From positions 8,178 through 43,754 of the forward strand of contig CAZBOY010000002.1 of assembly GCA_964493655.1 (NCBI GenBank): a stretch of 35,577 nt of DNA. The letters run 5' to 3'. The position numbers and the translations under genes are program-made. Position 1 is the stretch's first letter; every line of letters begins with the position of its first letter. Positions 19,337-28,445 of this stretch are shown piece by piece. The notes under the pieces were generated by a model. The model was not told the DNA's origin, searched no databases, and saw only the letters and a program-made list of their open reading frames with translations. The DNA comes from Candidatus Woesearchaeota archaeon. Its GTDB lineage: Archaea; Nanobdellota; Nanobdellia; Pacearchaeales; GW2011-AR1.

Positions 19337-19516
19337 ATGGTTAAACACGTTTTTGCAGTAAGTTTAGATAAAGAAGTTATAGATAAAGTTAAAAAAATTC
19401 TTAAAAAGTGGGGCGGTTCTGTTAGTGCTATTGTTAATCAACTTTTAATAGAATGGTTAATTAAAAACGACCCAGATTATAAAATAAAAAAAGAGGAGGC
19501 AAGTTCTAAAAAATAA
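19337..19516 (+). CDS. Ribbon-helix-helix DNA-binding protein (59 aa)
   Basis: Translated by eye: MVKHVFAVSLDKEVIDKVKKILKKWGGSVSAIVNQLLIEWL...; TATA about 30 nt upstream. Confidence 0.75.
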   Translation: MVKHVFAVSLDKEVIDKVKKILKKWGGSVSAIVNQLLIEWLIKNDPDYKIKKEEASSKK

Positions 19517-19574
19517 TTAAATAAAAAGAACCCCCGCAAGTTATAAGGCGTGCAAGGGTGGGCAATCTCATAAA

Positions 19575-19976
19575 ATGAAATCACTTAATAGAACCAAACA
19601 AAGCAACTTTTTAAATTCTTCGGCTCAATCTAAGAGTAACGACTTTTTTTTGGCGGAGGCACGTGTGGAGAAGTGTAAGCAAGACCTTAAGAAATACTTT
19701 CATCCCCAAAACACAACCCTTAGTAAGCGATTTGAAATAATCTATAAAATTTTTGGTTTGAATGATGAAATGATTGCGAGAGAATTGGGAATAGACCGAA
19801 CAACTATGAACAGATACAGGAGAGGGGTTTTTATTCCTGTAACAAATATGAAAAGATTAATTTCTCAAGCAATTACAAAACTTTGTAATTATCCTGTGGA
19901 TTCTTCTGTTTTATGGGGTAGTGATTTATTTTTTCAAGAATGGAAAGAAAATAAATTAAAGGGTCTGGGAAAATGA
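19575..19976 (+). CDS. XRE/Cro-type HTH regulator
   Basis: LNDEMIARELGIDRTTMNRYRRG. Confidence 0.8.
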   Translation: MKSLNRTKQSNFLNSSAQSKSNDFFLAEARVEKCKQDLKKYFHPQNTTLSKRFEIIYKIFGLNDEMIARELGIDRTTMNRYRRGVFIPVTNMKRLISQAITKLCNYPVDSSVLWGSDLFFQEWKENKLKGLGK

Positions 19977-20431
19977 AACAAATTAACATAACCCAACTAA
20001 ACGAATACACCTGTCAAAGAACGGGATGTAATAATATCATTAAGGGTTGTGAGGATATTGTTATAATTCAAAATGTTTTTCCTGTTTGTTCGGATTTATG
20101 TAAGTTTTTGGTTATATTTAAGATTCTTTGGAGTTATGATGATTTAAGTATAAATTATTTAATAAAACTGCTTCATCTTAAGCAAAGGGGATATTATAAT
20201 CGTGAGAAACGTGTTTTTGAACTTTCAAAGAAGGTTTATCAAATACTTTTATCGTCGGTAAATGATGTTACTCATACTCATACTCATAAAATCTTGAGTA
20301 TGAGTAAAGGTTACTTCCAACGTGTTACTCATTACTCATACTCACTCATATCTATAGATATGAGTGTGAGTAACACGTTGAGTAACCCCATTTTGAGTAA
20401 AAGTAAAGGAGGTTTAGAAAAATGGATGTAA
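19973..20431 (+). CDS. Hypothetical Zn-ribbon protein; the C-terminal third overlaps the origin-like repeats
   Basis: CQRTGC...CSDLC; the ATG overlaps the upstream stop (ATGA). Confidence 0.55.
   Translation: MKQINITQLNEYTCQRTGCNNIIKGCEDIVIIQNVFPVCSDLCKFLVIFKILWSYDDLSINYLIKLLHLKQRGYYNREKRVFELSKKVYQILLSSVNDVTHTHTHKILSMSKGYFQRVTHYSYSLISIDMSVSNTLSNPILSKSKGGLEKWM
20268..20400. repeat. Putative replication origin: TACTCA/TGAGTA iterons in nested palindromes
   Basis: 13-bp arms 20268-20280/20295-20307; 14-bp arms 20318-20331/20367-20380 enclosing a perfect 24-bp palindrome at 20343-20366; directly upstream of the primase-helicase. Confidence 0.7.
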
Positions 20432-22191
20432 TAAGCAAAAACCTACCAAACGAAGCAAAATACCTCCAATTAATAAAAAACACAAAGAAACCTATAAAAC
20501 AAGAATGGACATCAATACCACACAACCTTAAAGATAAAGCAAACCAACTTCTTAAACAAGGTTATGGCATAGGTTTTCTTTTAGGTGATGGGTATGTTGG
20601 GGTTGATTGTGATTCTATTGAACTTGAACTTGCAGTTGAACAATTAATTAAAACTCCCACATATACTCAAAAATCTGCTGGGAGGGGTATGAAACATTTT
20701 ATCTTTAAATGTAACTTTGATAAAAACTTAGGACTTAAACATAATAATCAAGAAGTTGGGGAGATATTATGTTCAGGCAGACAGATTATTCTTGCTCCAA
20801 CAAAGATACAAGATAAACAATACACTATCCTTAATGATATCCCTCCCGCAGAGATAACAAAAGAAGAACTTTTATCTGTTATTTTGCAGTTTGAGAGTAA
20901 GATAACTCAAAAATCAGTTACAGAAACAAAAAAACTTTATGAGAAAGCGGATATTGATGATTTAAGCATTACTTCTATTATTTCAACAACAGGAATGCAA
21001 CAGGATAGTAGGGGGCAGTATTTTGGAGAGAATACTTGGCACGGCTCAACAACAGGTCATAATTTTTATATTAACCCTCAGAAAAACCTTGCTTATTGTT
21101 TTAGGTGTGATTGTGCTATCTCTCCCGCCAAAGCCATCGCTTTAAATGAAGGTATAATATCAAATTGTTCAGATGAGTTAAGAGGAGAGGATTTTATTAA
21201 AACCCTTGAAGTCGCAAAAACAAAATACAATCTTAAAGATAAAAAGGAATTAAGTGAAAAAGAAAAACAAGATACACCTCTTAATTTTTGGACAATCCAA
21301 GATTATGAAAATTACAAACCCCCAAAAAATTACATAATTGAAAACTTATTGTTTCCTTCTGAAATTGCTATGAATTACGGACAGACCAGTTCTTTCAAAT
21401 CCTTTTATAATTTATATCAAGCGGTTTGTATTTCTGCTGGTAGAAAATTCTTAAATAAATTCAGAACTAAAAAACAAGCAGTTGGAATTTTATCTGCTGA
21501 AAATTCTATTGCTGTTGATAAGGATAGAATTAAAAAAATTATGCGGGGTTTAAGAATAAGAAAAAGAAATATACCCCTTTATATTCTCCCAAGAAGTGAT
21601 TGTTTTGATATCTTAAACTTAAAATTCAAAGCAAAACTAATTAAATCCATTCAAAAGAAAAACATTAAGTTATTGTTCCTTGATACAATCAACCCTTTAA
21701 CACCTGAGATTGATGACAACAAAGCCAGAGATGTAACCAGAACTTTTAATGAATTTTTAAAATTACTTGCAGATGTTTATGGAGTTTCAGTTGTATTTCT
21801 ACATCACACAGACAAACAAGGCAAAGCATTTTTAGGCTCAACTAAGTGGAAAGCAAACTGCGATTGTGTTACAAGAATAGAAAGAAATGGATTAAAAGAA
21901 AGTTTCTCTTTGTATAATGAAAAAAACAGAACAGGAGAAACCAACACCTTAAAGATTAATATTATGTTTGGCGAAAAGGATATTTGTTTTTCTTTAGTTG
22001 AGGAAACTGCTCCAGAGATATTCAGCAAAAACAAAAAGATGACACAAGCAGAATTTTTTGATTTAAAATTAAAGGAACTTTGCGAAAAGGATATGGAGAG
22101 AGCAAAGATATTTGAAATTTTTGAAGAGAATGGGATTAAATTTTCAAGAGCAAGTTTAGACAGAGCAATTAAAATCTGGAGAATAAAATGA
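20422..22191 (+). CDS. Primase-polymerase (AEP prim-pol) + Zn finger + RecA/DnaB-like (AAA_25-type) helicase replication protein
   Basis: GIGFLLG..YVGVDCD, SAGRGMKHFIF, H...NFYIN....AYCFRC, Walker A GQTSSFKS, Walker B LLFLDT, HHTDK...GS; SD AAAGGAGG. Confidence 0.88.
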   Translation: MDVISKNLPNEAKYLQLIKNTKKPIKQEWTSIPHNLKDKANQLLKQGYGIGFLLGDGYVGVDCDSIELELAVEQLIKTPTYTQKSAGRGMKHFIFKCNFDKNLGLKHNNQEVGEILCSGRQIILAPTKIQDKQYTILNDIPPAEITKEELLSVILQFESKITQKSVTETKKLYEKADIDDLSITSIISTTGMQQDSRGQYFGENTWHGSTTGHNFYINPQKNLAYCFRCDCAISPAKAIALNEGIISNCSDELRGEDFIKTLEVAKTKYNLKDKKELSEKEKQDTPLNFWTIQDYENYKPPKNYIIENLLFPSEIAMNYGQTSSFKSFYNLYQAVCISAGRKFLNKFRTKKQAVGILSAENSIAVDKDRIKKIMRGLRIRKRNIPLYILPRSDCFDILNLKFKAKLIKSIQKKNIKLLFLDTINPLTPEIDDNKARDVTRTFNEFLKLLADVYGVSVVFLHHTDKQGKAFLGSTKWKANCDCVTRIERNGLKESFSLYNEKNRTGETNTLKINIMFGEKDICFSLVEETAPEIFSKNKKMTQAEFFDLKLKELCEKDMERAKIFEIFEENGIKFSRASLDRAIKIWRIK

Positions 22192-22346
22192 AATGCGAAT
22201 TTAAATCCTGCAGAAAAAAAGCCACAGCATTTTTTAACAGAAAAGAATACTGCAATTTTCATTATCACCAACTCAAAGGAAAAATAAACAAAAAAGAACG
22301 GATGAAAAATAACCAACTTGCTAAGAAAAATAAAGGAGAACAATAA
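22188..22346 (+). CDS. Small C3H Zn-finger protein (52 aa)
   Basis: MKCEFKSCRKKA...YCNFHY; overlaps the helicase stop (ATGA). Confidence 0.6.
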   Translation: MKCEFKSCRKKATAFFNRKEYCNFHYHQLKGKINKKERMKNNQLAKKNKGEQ

Positions 22347-22496
22347 AAATGAAATCAAAACACAACTCAATTAAAGTTTTAGGTGGTTTTCAGTCTTTTT
22401 CGGGGTATTTCGGTATAAAAACCAGACACCATCCCCTTAAATTAATTTGTAAGGGTCGCATTTCAAGTAATATGATGAAAGGAGGTTTATAGTAAA

Positions 22497-22664
22497 ATGG
22501 CAGAAGAACAAAGCAAAAAGAAGTTTAGTGTTGGGTTCGTTATGGATTTGAATGAGAGAACAGAACTCTTAGAAGTGGTGAAGAAACAAAAACTTAGTCC
22601 ACCCTCCTTTGTGAAGTGGGCAACTTGGAAACTCGTCCGAGAACTTAAAGCAGAGGCTCAATAG
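22497..22664 (+). CDS. Small RHH-like protein (55 aa)
   Basis: MAEEQSKKKFSVGFVMDLNERTELLEVVKKQKLSPPSFVKWA...; strong SD AAAGGAGG; hairpin AGGCTC-AATA-GAGCCT at the stop. Confidence 0.65.
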   Translation: MAEEQSKKKFSVGFVMDLNERTELLEVVKKQKLSPPSFVKWATWKLVRELKAEAQ

Positions 22665-22828
22665 AGCCTTTCCTTTAGAGTTTTAACCCAGAACAGCGAA
22701 CAACATACCTAATTATTTGAGTAAAACACTTATACCAACACCACACACCTTTGAAGGAGTTGTTTATTAGGGGGGTTGATTCGGGCTGGGAAGTGGGCGG
22801 GTATCATACTTAATTAAATGTATTGAAA

Positions 22829-23236
22829 ATGAAACAAGAAGAAAAAAAGACACTTTCCACTTGGGTTTGGATTATTGTAGTAGTCTTAATCTTGATAAGT
22901 CTGGGAAATCTCTTTTTTGCAATGATAGGATTGGCAATAGGTTTTGCGTGTGGTTATAAGAACTATGAATGGGCAAGAGAAATAAAAAAGAATACAGACA
23001 TAGCGTTCTTAATAGGATATTGCTTTGGACTTCTCGGACTATTGGGATATTGGATTTATTATAGAAATAAACCTAAAAAATCAGTTGAGCAAAAGGAAGA
23101 ACTAATAAAAGCACAAAAAGAAAAGATTGAAAAATTTCAGGGAAAAGATAATGATAATTTTACTTTTATGTTAAAAGTAGCGGAGGTTCTTATTGTCCTT
23201 GTTTTAATCTATTTTTTAATTAGGTGGATTTTCTAA
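22829..23236 (+). CDS. Multi-TM membrane protein (cargo)
   Basis: Three to four hydrophobic segments. Confidence 0.75.
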   Translation: MKQEEKKTLSTWVWIIVVVLILISLGNLFFAMIGLAIGFACGYKNYEWAREIKKNTDIAFLIGYCFGLLGLLGYWIYYRNKPKKSVEQKEELIKAQKEKIEKFQGKDNDNFTFMLKVAEVLIVLVLIYFLIRWIF

Positions 23237-23281
23237 ACATTTTTAAGGTTTGATTGTATGAATGATTTATTCCGAACTTTT

Positions 23282-23842
23282 TTATGATTTATAACATCTA
23301 AAATCAACTATTTCAAAAGTTTGGTTTAAAATATCACGCAGACCACTTTTTACTTCTTCCATATTTACTCTATTAAGAACTAAATCAACTCTGTAAATGA
23401 TTGTTTCACCTATTGTCCCATCTTTGGAAATCAGAGTTTTAGAATATCTTAATCCATCACAATAATTATAATTTTGGTTTTCACCTTCCTCACTCCCCCA
23501 CCTACATTCATAAAAATACCCCACATTCCTATCCCCTATTGCCTCAATACCTGTTCCATCTTTCCAAGTAGAAGTCCAATATCTCAAGAGAGTCTGTTGT
23601 TCAGTAGGAGAACTATATACTGGTTTTGGAAATTCAATAATAATTTTTTCAGGGATTATGTTTTTAATACAATAATCATCATTTAAGGTTGCTTGTTTAG
23701 TTAATTCGCTTCCTACTTTTAAAGGGGCGTTCTTAATGCTTTTGATTATATCAAATCCAAAAACATAATAACATAGGAATAAAATTCCAATTATAATTAA
23801 GATTGTAATCCATACCTTGTTTAGAGTTTCAGACGAAACCAT
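23282..23842 (-). CDS. Membrane-anchored Cys-containing extracellular protein (cargo)
   Basis: N-terminal TM and a beta-rich domain with several Cys; the only minus-strand cargo gene. Confidence 0.75.
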   Translation of the reverse strand: MVSSETLNKVWITILIIIGILFLCYYVFGFDIIKSIKNAPLKVGSELTKQATLNDDYCIKNIIPEKIIIEFPKPVYSSPTEQQTLLRYWTSTWKDGTGIEAIGDRNVGYFYECRWGSEEGENQNYNYCDGLRYSKTLISKDGTIGETIIYRVDLVLNRVNMEEVKSGLRDILNQTFEIVDFRCYKS

Positions 23843-23981
23843 AACTATTTCATTAATTCAAAGTTTAAAAACATTATCAAAAGCCTCTTGCGACAGGTTT
23901 TATTTTTTCATATTGGAAGCCCCATATTTGCGACATAACCTTATTCACAAAGATTTAAATTATATTGGGACACATAGTTTT

Positions 23982-24236
23982 ATGGGATTTTGGGATTGGT
24001 TTATAAAAAAACCTAAAAAGAAGATAAGCGAGAGAAATAGGGGTTGGATTAGAGTAGATGCTCCTAAAATGCCTCGTTGGGCAAGGGATACTTTATTCAA
24101 TAGGGTTAATAAGTCAAGTGCTAAAGGAATAGCATATACAAAAGGTAATCATTATTATTACAAGGTTGTTATGAAACCTGATCTTAATTCAGGTAAATTT
24201 GACTTTTATTTTTATAAAAAGAAAATGAAAAAATGA
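23982..24236 (+). CDS. Small basic hypothetical protein (MGFWDWF...)
   Basis: ATG 28 nt after TTTAAATT; the upstream extension in the ORF track overlaps divergent promoters. Confidence 0.7.
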   Translation: MGFWDWFIKKPKKKISERNRGWIRVDAPKMPRWARDTLFNRVNKSSAKGIAYTKGNHYYYKVVMKPDLNSGKFDFYFYKKKMKK

Positions 24237-24487
24237 AAACAGAAGTATGGCAATATGATAAATTTTGGAAATTTTTTATAATTTACATCCCTTTGTTTAT
24301 ATTTTCAATGTTTTTGTTCATTTGGGTTGCGATAATACCCTGGATCAATTCGGAATATTTGATAACCAATAGTTTATCCGCTAAATTGATTCTTAGTGGA
24401 ATTGCCATTTTTTTTATGGTTATGGGAATTAACAAATTTGTTAAACAAATTAAAATTTATAATAAACTCAAGAAAAAAACAAAATGA
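24233..24487 (+). CDS. Two-TM small membrane protein
   Basis: Two hydrophobic helices; ATGA coupling. Confidence 0.7.
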   Translation: MKTEVWQYDKFWKFFIIYIPLFIFSMFLFIWVAIIPWINSEYLITNSLSAKLILSGIAIFFMVMGINKFVKQIKIYNKLKKKTK

Positions 24488-24693
24488 CAGAAACAATAAC
24501 AACTGGCGGATTAAAGGAATTTGTGCATCCTAAAAATTACAAGTTTGAGAAAGACCCAGAACATTTAGAACAAGAACAAAAGATTCATGATGCTTATGAA
24601 GAGCATTATAGAATAAAGAGGAGAAACAGAATGATTAAAATTGGAGCCGTTGTCTTAATTATTTTAACTGCCTTGTATTTTTTATTAAGATGA
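24484..24693 (+). CDS. Small C-terminally anchored membrane protein
   Basis: Basic stretch followed by a TM at the C-terminus; ATGA coupling. Confidence 0.7.
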   Translation: MTETITTGGLKEFVHPKNYKFEKDPEHLEQEQKIHDAYEEHYRIKRRNRMIKIGAVVLIILTALYFLLR

Positions 24694-26402
24694 AAAACCA
24701 TAAACATATTTGTACCTATTGCGCGTCTCACAAAGGAGATAAGAAAAAGAAAGATGCTTCTCGTTGTAAGTATTGTGGAGAATATTATTGTAATGAACAT
24801 AGAAAACCAAAATTTCCTTCGATACCTTTATTTGAATCAGTAGGAAAAGAGGCAGAGGAAATTATGGAAAATTATCATAGTGCTGGGGGGCATCCTTGTT
24901 TTCCATACTTTTTTTCAGAAGATGAAAAAAAACAAAATCAAAAATCCAAAGAAACAGATGATTACTTAGAAGCATTAGACTCTTTAAAAAATCAATCAAG
25001 GAATATTTTTACACCTATAAAAAAGGTTACGGAAAGTTTTGAAGATGAATTTGAAAATAAGGGGAATAACTTTCAAATAAATCTTTCAAATCCAAGAAAA
25101 TCAGTCAACCAACCCAATAGACTTTCCGAAAGAAAAAAACCAAGATTATCAAAATTTATTTTAGAGAATAAATTTACTTTATCTATAGTCTTATTTTTTT
25201 TGGTTTTAGTATTCCTTTTTTGGATGGGCTTCTTCGACGATTATTTAGCAGGACATCCTCAACTTGGTGGACTTACGAATAACTCTTTAGAATCTCGGGA
25301 GATTACCAGTTATGGATTTGATAAGATTAATTTGTTGAGGATATCAAGCAGAGTAACTAAATTAAATTTTAATTTGAAGTCTTATAATTTGGCCGTAGGT
25401 TTATCGAAGCATTTCTATAACCTTAATAAATATTCTTTATCAGATTCAGAACTTTTAGGATTTGAAGGGAAATATAATATAGATGATTTCAGATATATTT
25501 CTAAAAAATTTGAGGGTTTAACAAAGGACTCAATGGATTCTGTGATTAGTGAATGGGAAACTAAACCATTTATATTTGAACTTATTTTGGGCGGTTCATT
25601 TAACGATGGTGCTTTTGGATGTTACCTTGATGTTTGTACGATAGTCCTTAAATCTACACCTGTTGTTCCTGCAGAAACTTATAAACCTGTAATAACCCTC
25701 CCTAAAAATGAAAATGTAAAAGAAGACAATAAAAATATATACGAAGAGATTAAAGGTCTTTTGTCTAAAGATTCAGAAAAATATCAAACAAATCCTAAAA
25801 CTGTTAAATTATCTTTGATAGGTGATTTTATTGTTTACCGGGGGGTAAATGATTATCTTGCTGGATTAGATAGAAGTATAAGTTACTATTACACCCCGCC
25901 AACATCTAAAGATTTTATTTTGCGAGATTTAGATAATAAAGTTCAGAAAGATTATCTTAATCTATTAGTTGATAAAATTAAGGCTAAGTCTGACGATCCA
26001 GACCAACAAGCAAGAACTGCTATAAGTATGGTTCAGGCAATTCCTTATGATTGGGATGCATTTAATTCTGGGAATGTTGATGGAAGGTATCCTTATGAAG
26101 TACTTTATGATATGAAAGGTGTTTGTATGGAAAAAGCTGATCTGCTAGCATTTTTATTAAGGGAATTAGGTTATGGAGTAGCAATATTTGAATATAATGC
26201 CGAGAACCACAGGGCAGTTGGAATACAATGTGAAAAAGGAAATTACAACACCCAGTATTGTTTTATTGAAGCTACAAATTCTTATCCCATAGGACAAATC
26301 CCCGAGGGTTATGTTGGTGGGGCAGATATAAGAAATGCAAATCCTGAAGTTGTAGTGATAAGCGGGGGGAGGACTTATCTACTGAGATTAGCTTCTAATT
26401 AA
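24690..26402 (+). CDS. AN1-like Zn finger + TM + degenerate CAP-like + transglutaminase-like cysteine protease domain protein
   Basis: CTYC..CKYCGEYYCNEHR; TM at about residues 163-181; YPYEVL..KGVCMEKADLL...NHRAVGI...YCFIEAT (C-H-E triad). Confidence 0.8.
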   Translation: MKNHKHICTYCASHKGDKKKKDASRCKYCGEYYCNEHRKPKFPSIPLFESVGKEAEEIMENYHSAGGHPCFPYFFSEDEKKQNQKSKETDDYLEALDSLKNQSRNIFTPIKKVTESFEDEFENKGNNFQINLSNPRKSVNQPNRLSERKKPRLSKFILENKFTLSIVLFFLVLVFLFWMGFFDDYLAGHPQLGGLTNNSLESREITSYGFDKINLLRISSRVTKLNFNLKSYNLAVGLSKHFYNLNKYSLSDSELLGFEGKYNIDDFRYISKKFEGLTKDSMDSVISEWETKPFIFELILGGSFNDGAFGCYLDVCTIVLKSTPVVPAETYKPVITLPKNENVKEDNKNIYEEIKGLLSKDSEKYQTNPKTVKLSLIGDFIVYRGVNDYLAGLDRSISYYYTPPTSKDFILRDLDNKVQKDYLNLLVDKIKAKSDDPDQQARTAISMVQAIPYDWDAFNSGNVDGRYPYEVLYDMKGVCMEKADLLAFLLRELGYGVAIFEYNAENHRAVGIQCEKGNYNTQYCFIEATNSYPIGQIPEGYVGGADIRNANPEVVVISGGRTYLLRLASN

Positions 26403-26405
26403 AAA

Positions 26406-26627
26406 ATGAAAGACAAAACTAAATTTCTTTTAATTATCATTATTATCCTTATTGTTGTTTTCTATTTTTTAATTCTTCCAAATGTTTCCCCTGATTTCAA
26501 TTTAAGTATGGCTATTGGCATTTCTTTATCTTGTGGTTTAGTTGTGGCTTTGCTGAAAATGTTATCCGAGATTAACTATCATAAGTATACAGAATGGTTA
26601 AGGAGTTTGTTTTCTAAAGATTTTTAA
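26406..26627 (+). CDS. Two-TM small membrane protein
   Basis: Two hydrophobic segments. Confidence 0.7.
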   Translation: MKDKTKFLLIIIIILIVVFYFLILPNVSPDFNLSMAIGISLSCGLVVALLKMLSEINYHKYTEWLRSLFSKDF

Positions 26628-26649
26628 GTCTTGATTCTCTTTAATTCTT

Positions 26650-27042
26650 ATGGCAAAATGTGAGTCTTGTAATAAAAACATTTCATTATGGAATACCTAT
26701 TTTGATAATGAAACAGAGTATTGTAAGGGTTGTTGGCAGAAGAAGAAAGACAAAATAAAGCAAGTTGAGGTTAAGCAAGAGGATAATGATAATAGTAATA
26801 AAATAAACAAGGATAAAGAATTGGTTAGGGGAATTTATGAAAAAAGAAAAAATGAACAAGATTTAAACTTAAAAGAACGTTTGAGGGTTGCGGGTATTCC
26901 TTTCTGGTTATTTATTCTTACGATTGGGTTGGTTATAAAATTGTGTGTTGATTTTAGGGTCTTAAATTTTGAATCCTACCAATTTAATATCGAAAATGAT
27001 TATGGTCTTGGAAAGCAATATACAAAACCTAACCCCCACTAA
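26650..27042 (+). CDS. Zn-ribbon + TM hypothetical protein (C-terminus possibly disrupted)
   Basis: CESC...CKGC and one TM; the ORF ends inside the inverted-repeat site at 27031-27061. Confidence 0.6.
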   Translation: MAKCESCNKNISLWNTYFDNETEYCKGCWQKKKDKIKQVEVKQEDNDNSNKINKDKELVRGIYEKRKNEQDLNLKERLRVAGIPFWLFILTIGLVIKLCVDFRVLNFESYQFNIENDYGLGKQYTKPNPH

Positions 27043-27167
27043 TTAAGGTGTGTGTGGTTGGCTCTATTAAATAGTTTTTCGGGTGTGAAAATTTTTTTCA
27101 CGGAGTATTTATAAATATTAAACGCCTCTAATAATTAGGGTCGGGATTGAAAGGAGGAGATTTAAAA

Positions 27168-27332
27168 ATGGAACAGAAAAAACAAAACAAATGTGTGATA
27201 AATATTAAGAGAGATTGGATAGGTAGAATCACAAGAGCAAAATTCAAAGGTTGTGACCTTGAACAATTGGAAGCAACATTAAAGAAAAGAAACATAAATT
27301 TAGGCGATTTTAATTTAATTAAAAAAGGATAG
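27168..27332 (+). CDS. Small hypothetical protein (54 aa)
   Basis: Strong SD AAAGGAGG before the ATG at 27168. Confidence 0.6.
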   Translation: MEQKKQNKCVINIKRDWIGRITRAKFKGCDLEQLEATLKKRNINLGDFNLIKKG

Positions 27333-27362
27333 ATTTATTAATGTTTTCTGGTTTTGTTATTT

Positions 27363-27743
27363 ATGGGTTTATTTGATTTCAAAATGCCGAAGTTTAAAGC
27401 ACCTAAAGTTGAACGTTTAAAAGTCGCAAGGTTGCATATGACGAAAGTTGGAGATAGAACTTCAACATCTGCTCAAAGAAGAAAATTAAAAGAAGCTGTT
27501 GGATTCAAATGTCAAAGATGTGGGAAAAAGTTTGACGGGAGATTATTAGAAATCCATCATAAAAAATCAATCGCAAGTCATAAGAATAAACTTACTGGAG
27601 TAGACTTTCCTGTTTATTCTTTAGGTAAAAAGATTAAACCTAAATATGACAGAAAAAGCAACCTTGAAGTAGTTTGTATTTATTGCCACGATAAAACTAA
27701 GAAACAAAAGAAAAAACCAAAACCTCTCTGGAGTAGATATTAA
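27363..27743 (+). CDS. HNH endonuclease
   Basis: CQRCG...LEIHH...SNLEVVCIYCH. Confidence 0.85.
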   Translation: MGLFDFKMPKFKAPKVERLKVARLHMTKVGDRTSTSAQRRKLKEAVGFKCQRCGKKFDGRLLEIHHKKSIASHKNKLTGVDFPVYSLGKKIKPKYDRKSNLEVVCIYCHDKTKKQKKKPKPLWSRY

Positions 27744-27749
27744 AGAAAA

Positions 27750-28058
27750 ATGAATAAAAAAGCAATAGGATTAGATTGGGTTATATTTATTATAATTCTA
27801 ATACTTATTGTTTTATATATGATTTTGAATAATGTTTATTTAACTCATACCACTTTTGAAACAGAATTTTGGGAATGTGAAAATGGGGAGCCGATAGCAA
27901 AGGAAATGTTTTATATAGAAAGTTGTGATGCTACTTGTGGTGCGAGTAGTAGTTCTTGGGTTAGTAAAACAAAGAATGTTCTTTCTTGTGAGGATGATAA
28001 AGCTGTTTGTGAATGCAAAACAACTGTGTGGATTACTTACATCTCTCCGTTGTTTTGA
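27750..28058 (+). CDS. Pilin-like protein (class III signal peptide), Cys-rich
   Basis: MNKKA followed by a hydrophobic helix; six Cys. Confidence 0.65.
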   Translation: MNKKAIGLDWVIFIIILILIVLYMILNNVYLTHTTFETEFWECENGEPIAKEMFYIESCDATCGASSSSWVSKTKNVLSCEDDKAVCECKTTVWITYISPLF

Positions 28059-28230
28059 CTAATTCTTCTAAAATACTTGCAGTGCCTTACTTCTTGGATT
28101 GGATGTTAAGTTGTTTTTCTAAACATTTATATACTATTTTGGGATATTTAAAATGTGAAATTCAGTAGGGAGTTTTGTTTTTATTTGACATTTTCAAAAG
28201 TTATTTAAAGTATCTTGTTTAATTTTATCT

Positions 28231-28395
28231 ATGGGAAATCTTGGATTTTGGATTATTTTGTCTTTACAGGCGATAAGTATATTTCTCTTAGTAAGTTTTC
28301 TTTTATCTTCATATACTCCATTTTCCCTAATTCTTGGTTTAATACTCGGAGGAACAACCGCAGGAATTGAATACGGGATATATACAAAAAAATAA
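28231..28395 (+). CDS. Two-TM 54-aa membrane protein between 17-bp direct repeats
   Basis: Translated by eye: MGNLGFWIILSLQAISIFLLVSFLLSSYTPFSLILGLILGGTTAGIEYGIYTKK; TATA about 28 nt upstream. Confidence 0.65.
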   Translation: MGNLGFWIILSLQAISIFLLVSFLLSSYTPFSLILGLILGGTTAGIEYGIYTKK

Positions 28396-28445
28396 TTTTT
28401 TGACATTTTCAAAAGGTTTTTATAAGACATTTATTTCTATTAATT

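Noticed and set aside
21804-24800. ORFs 21804-22370, 23474-23686, 24606-24800
   Set aside because: Antisense shadows of element genes.
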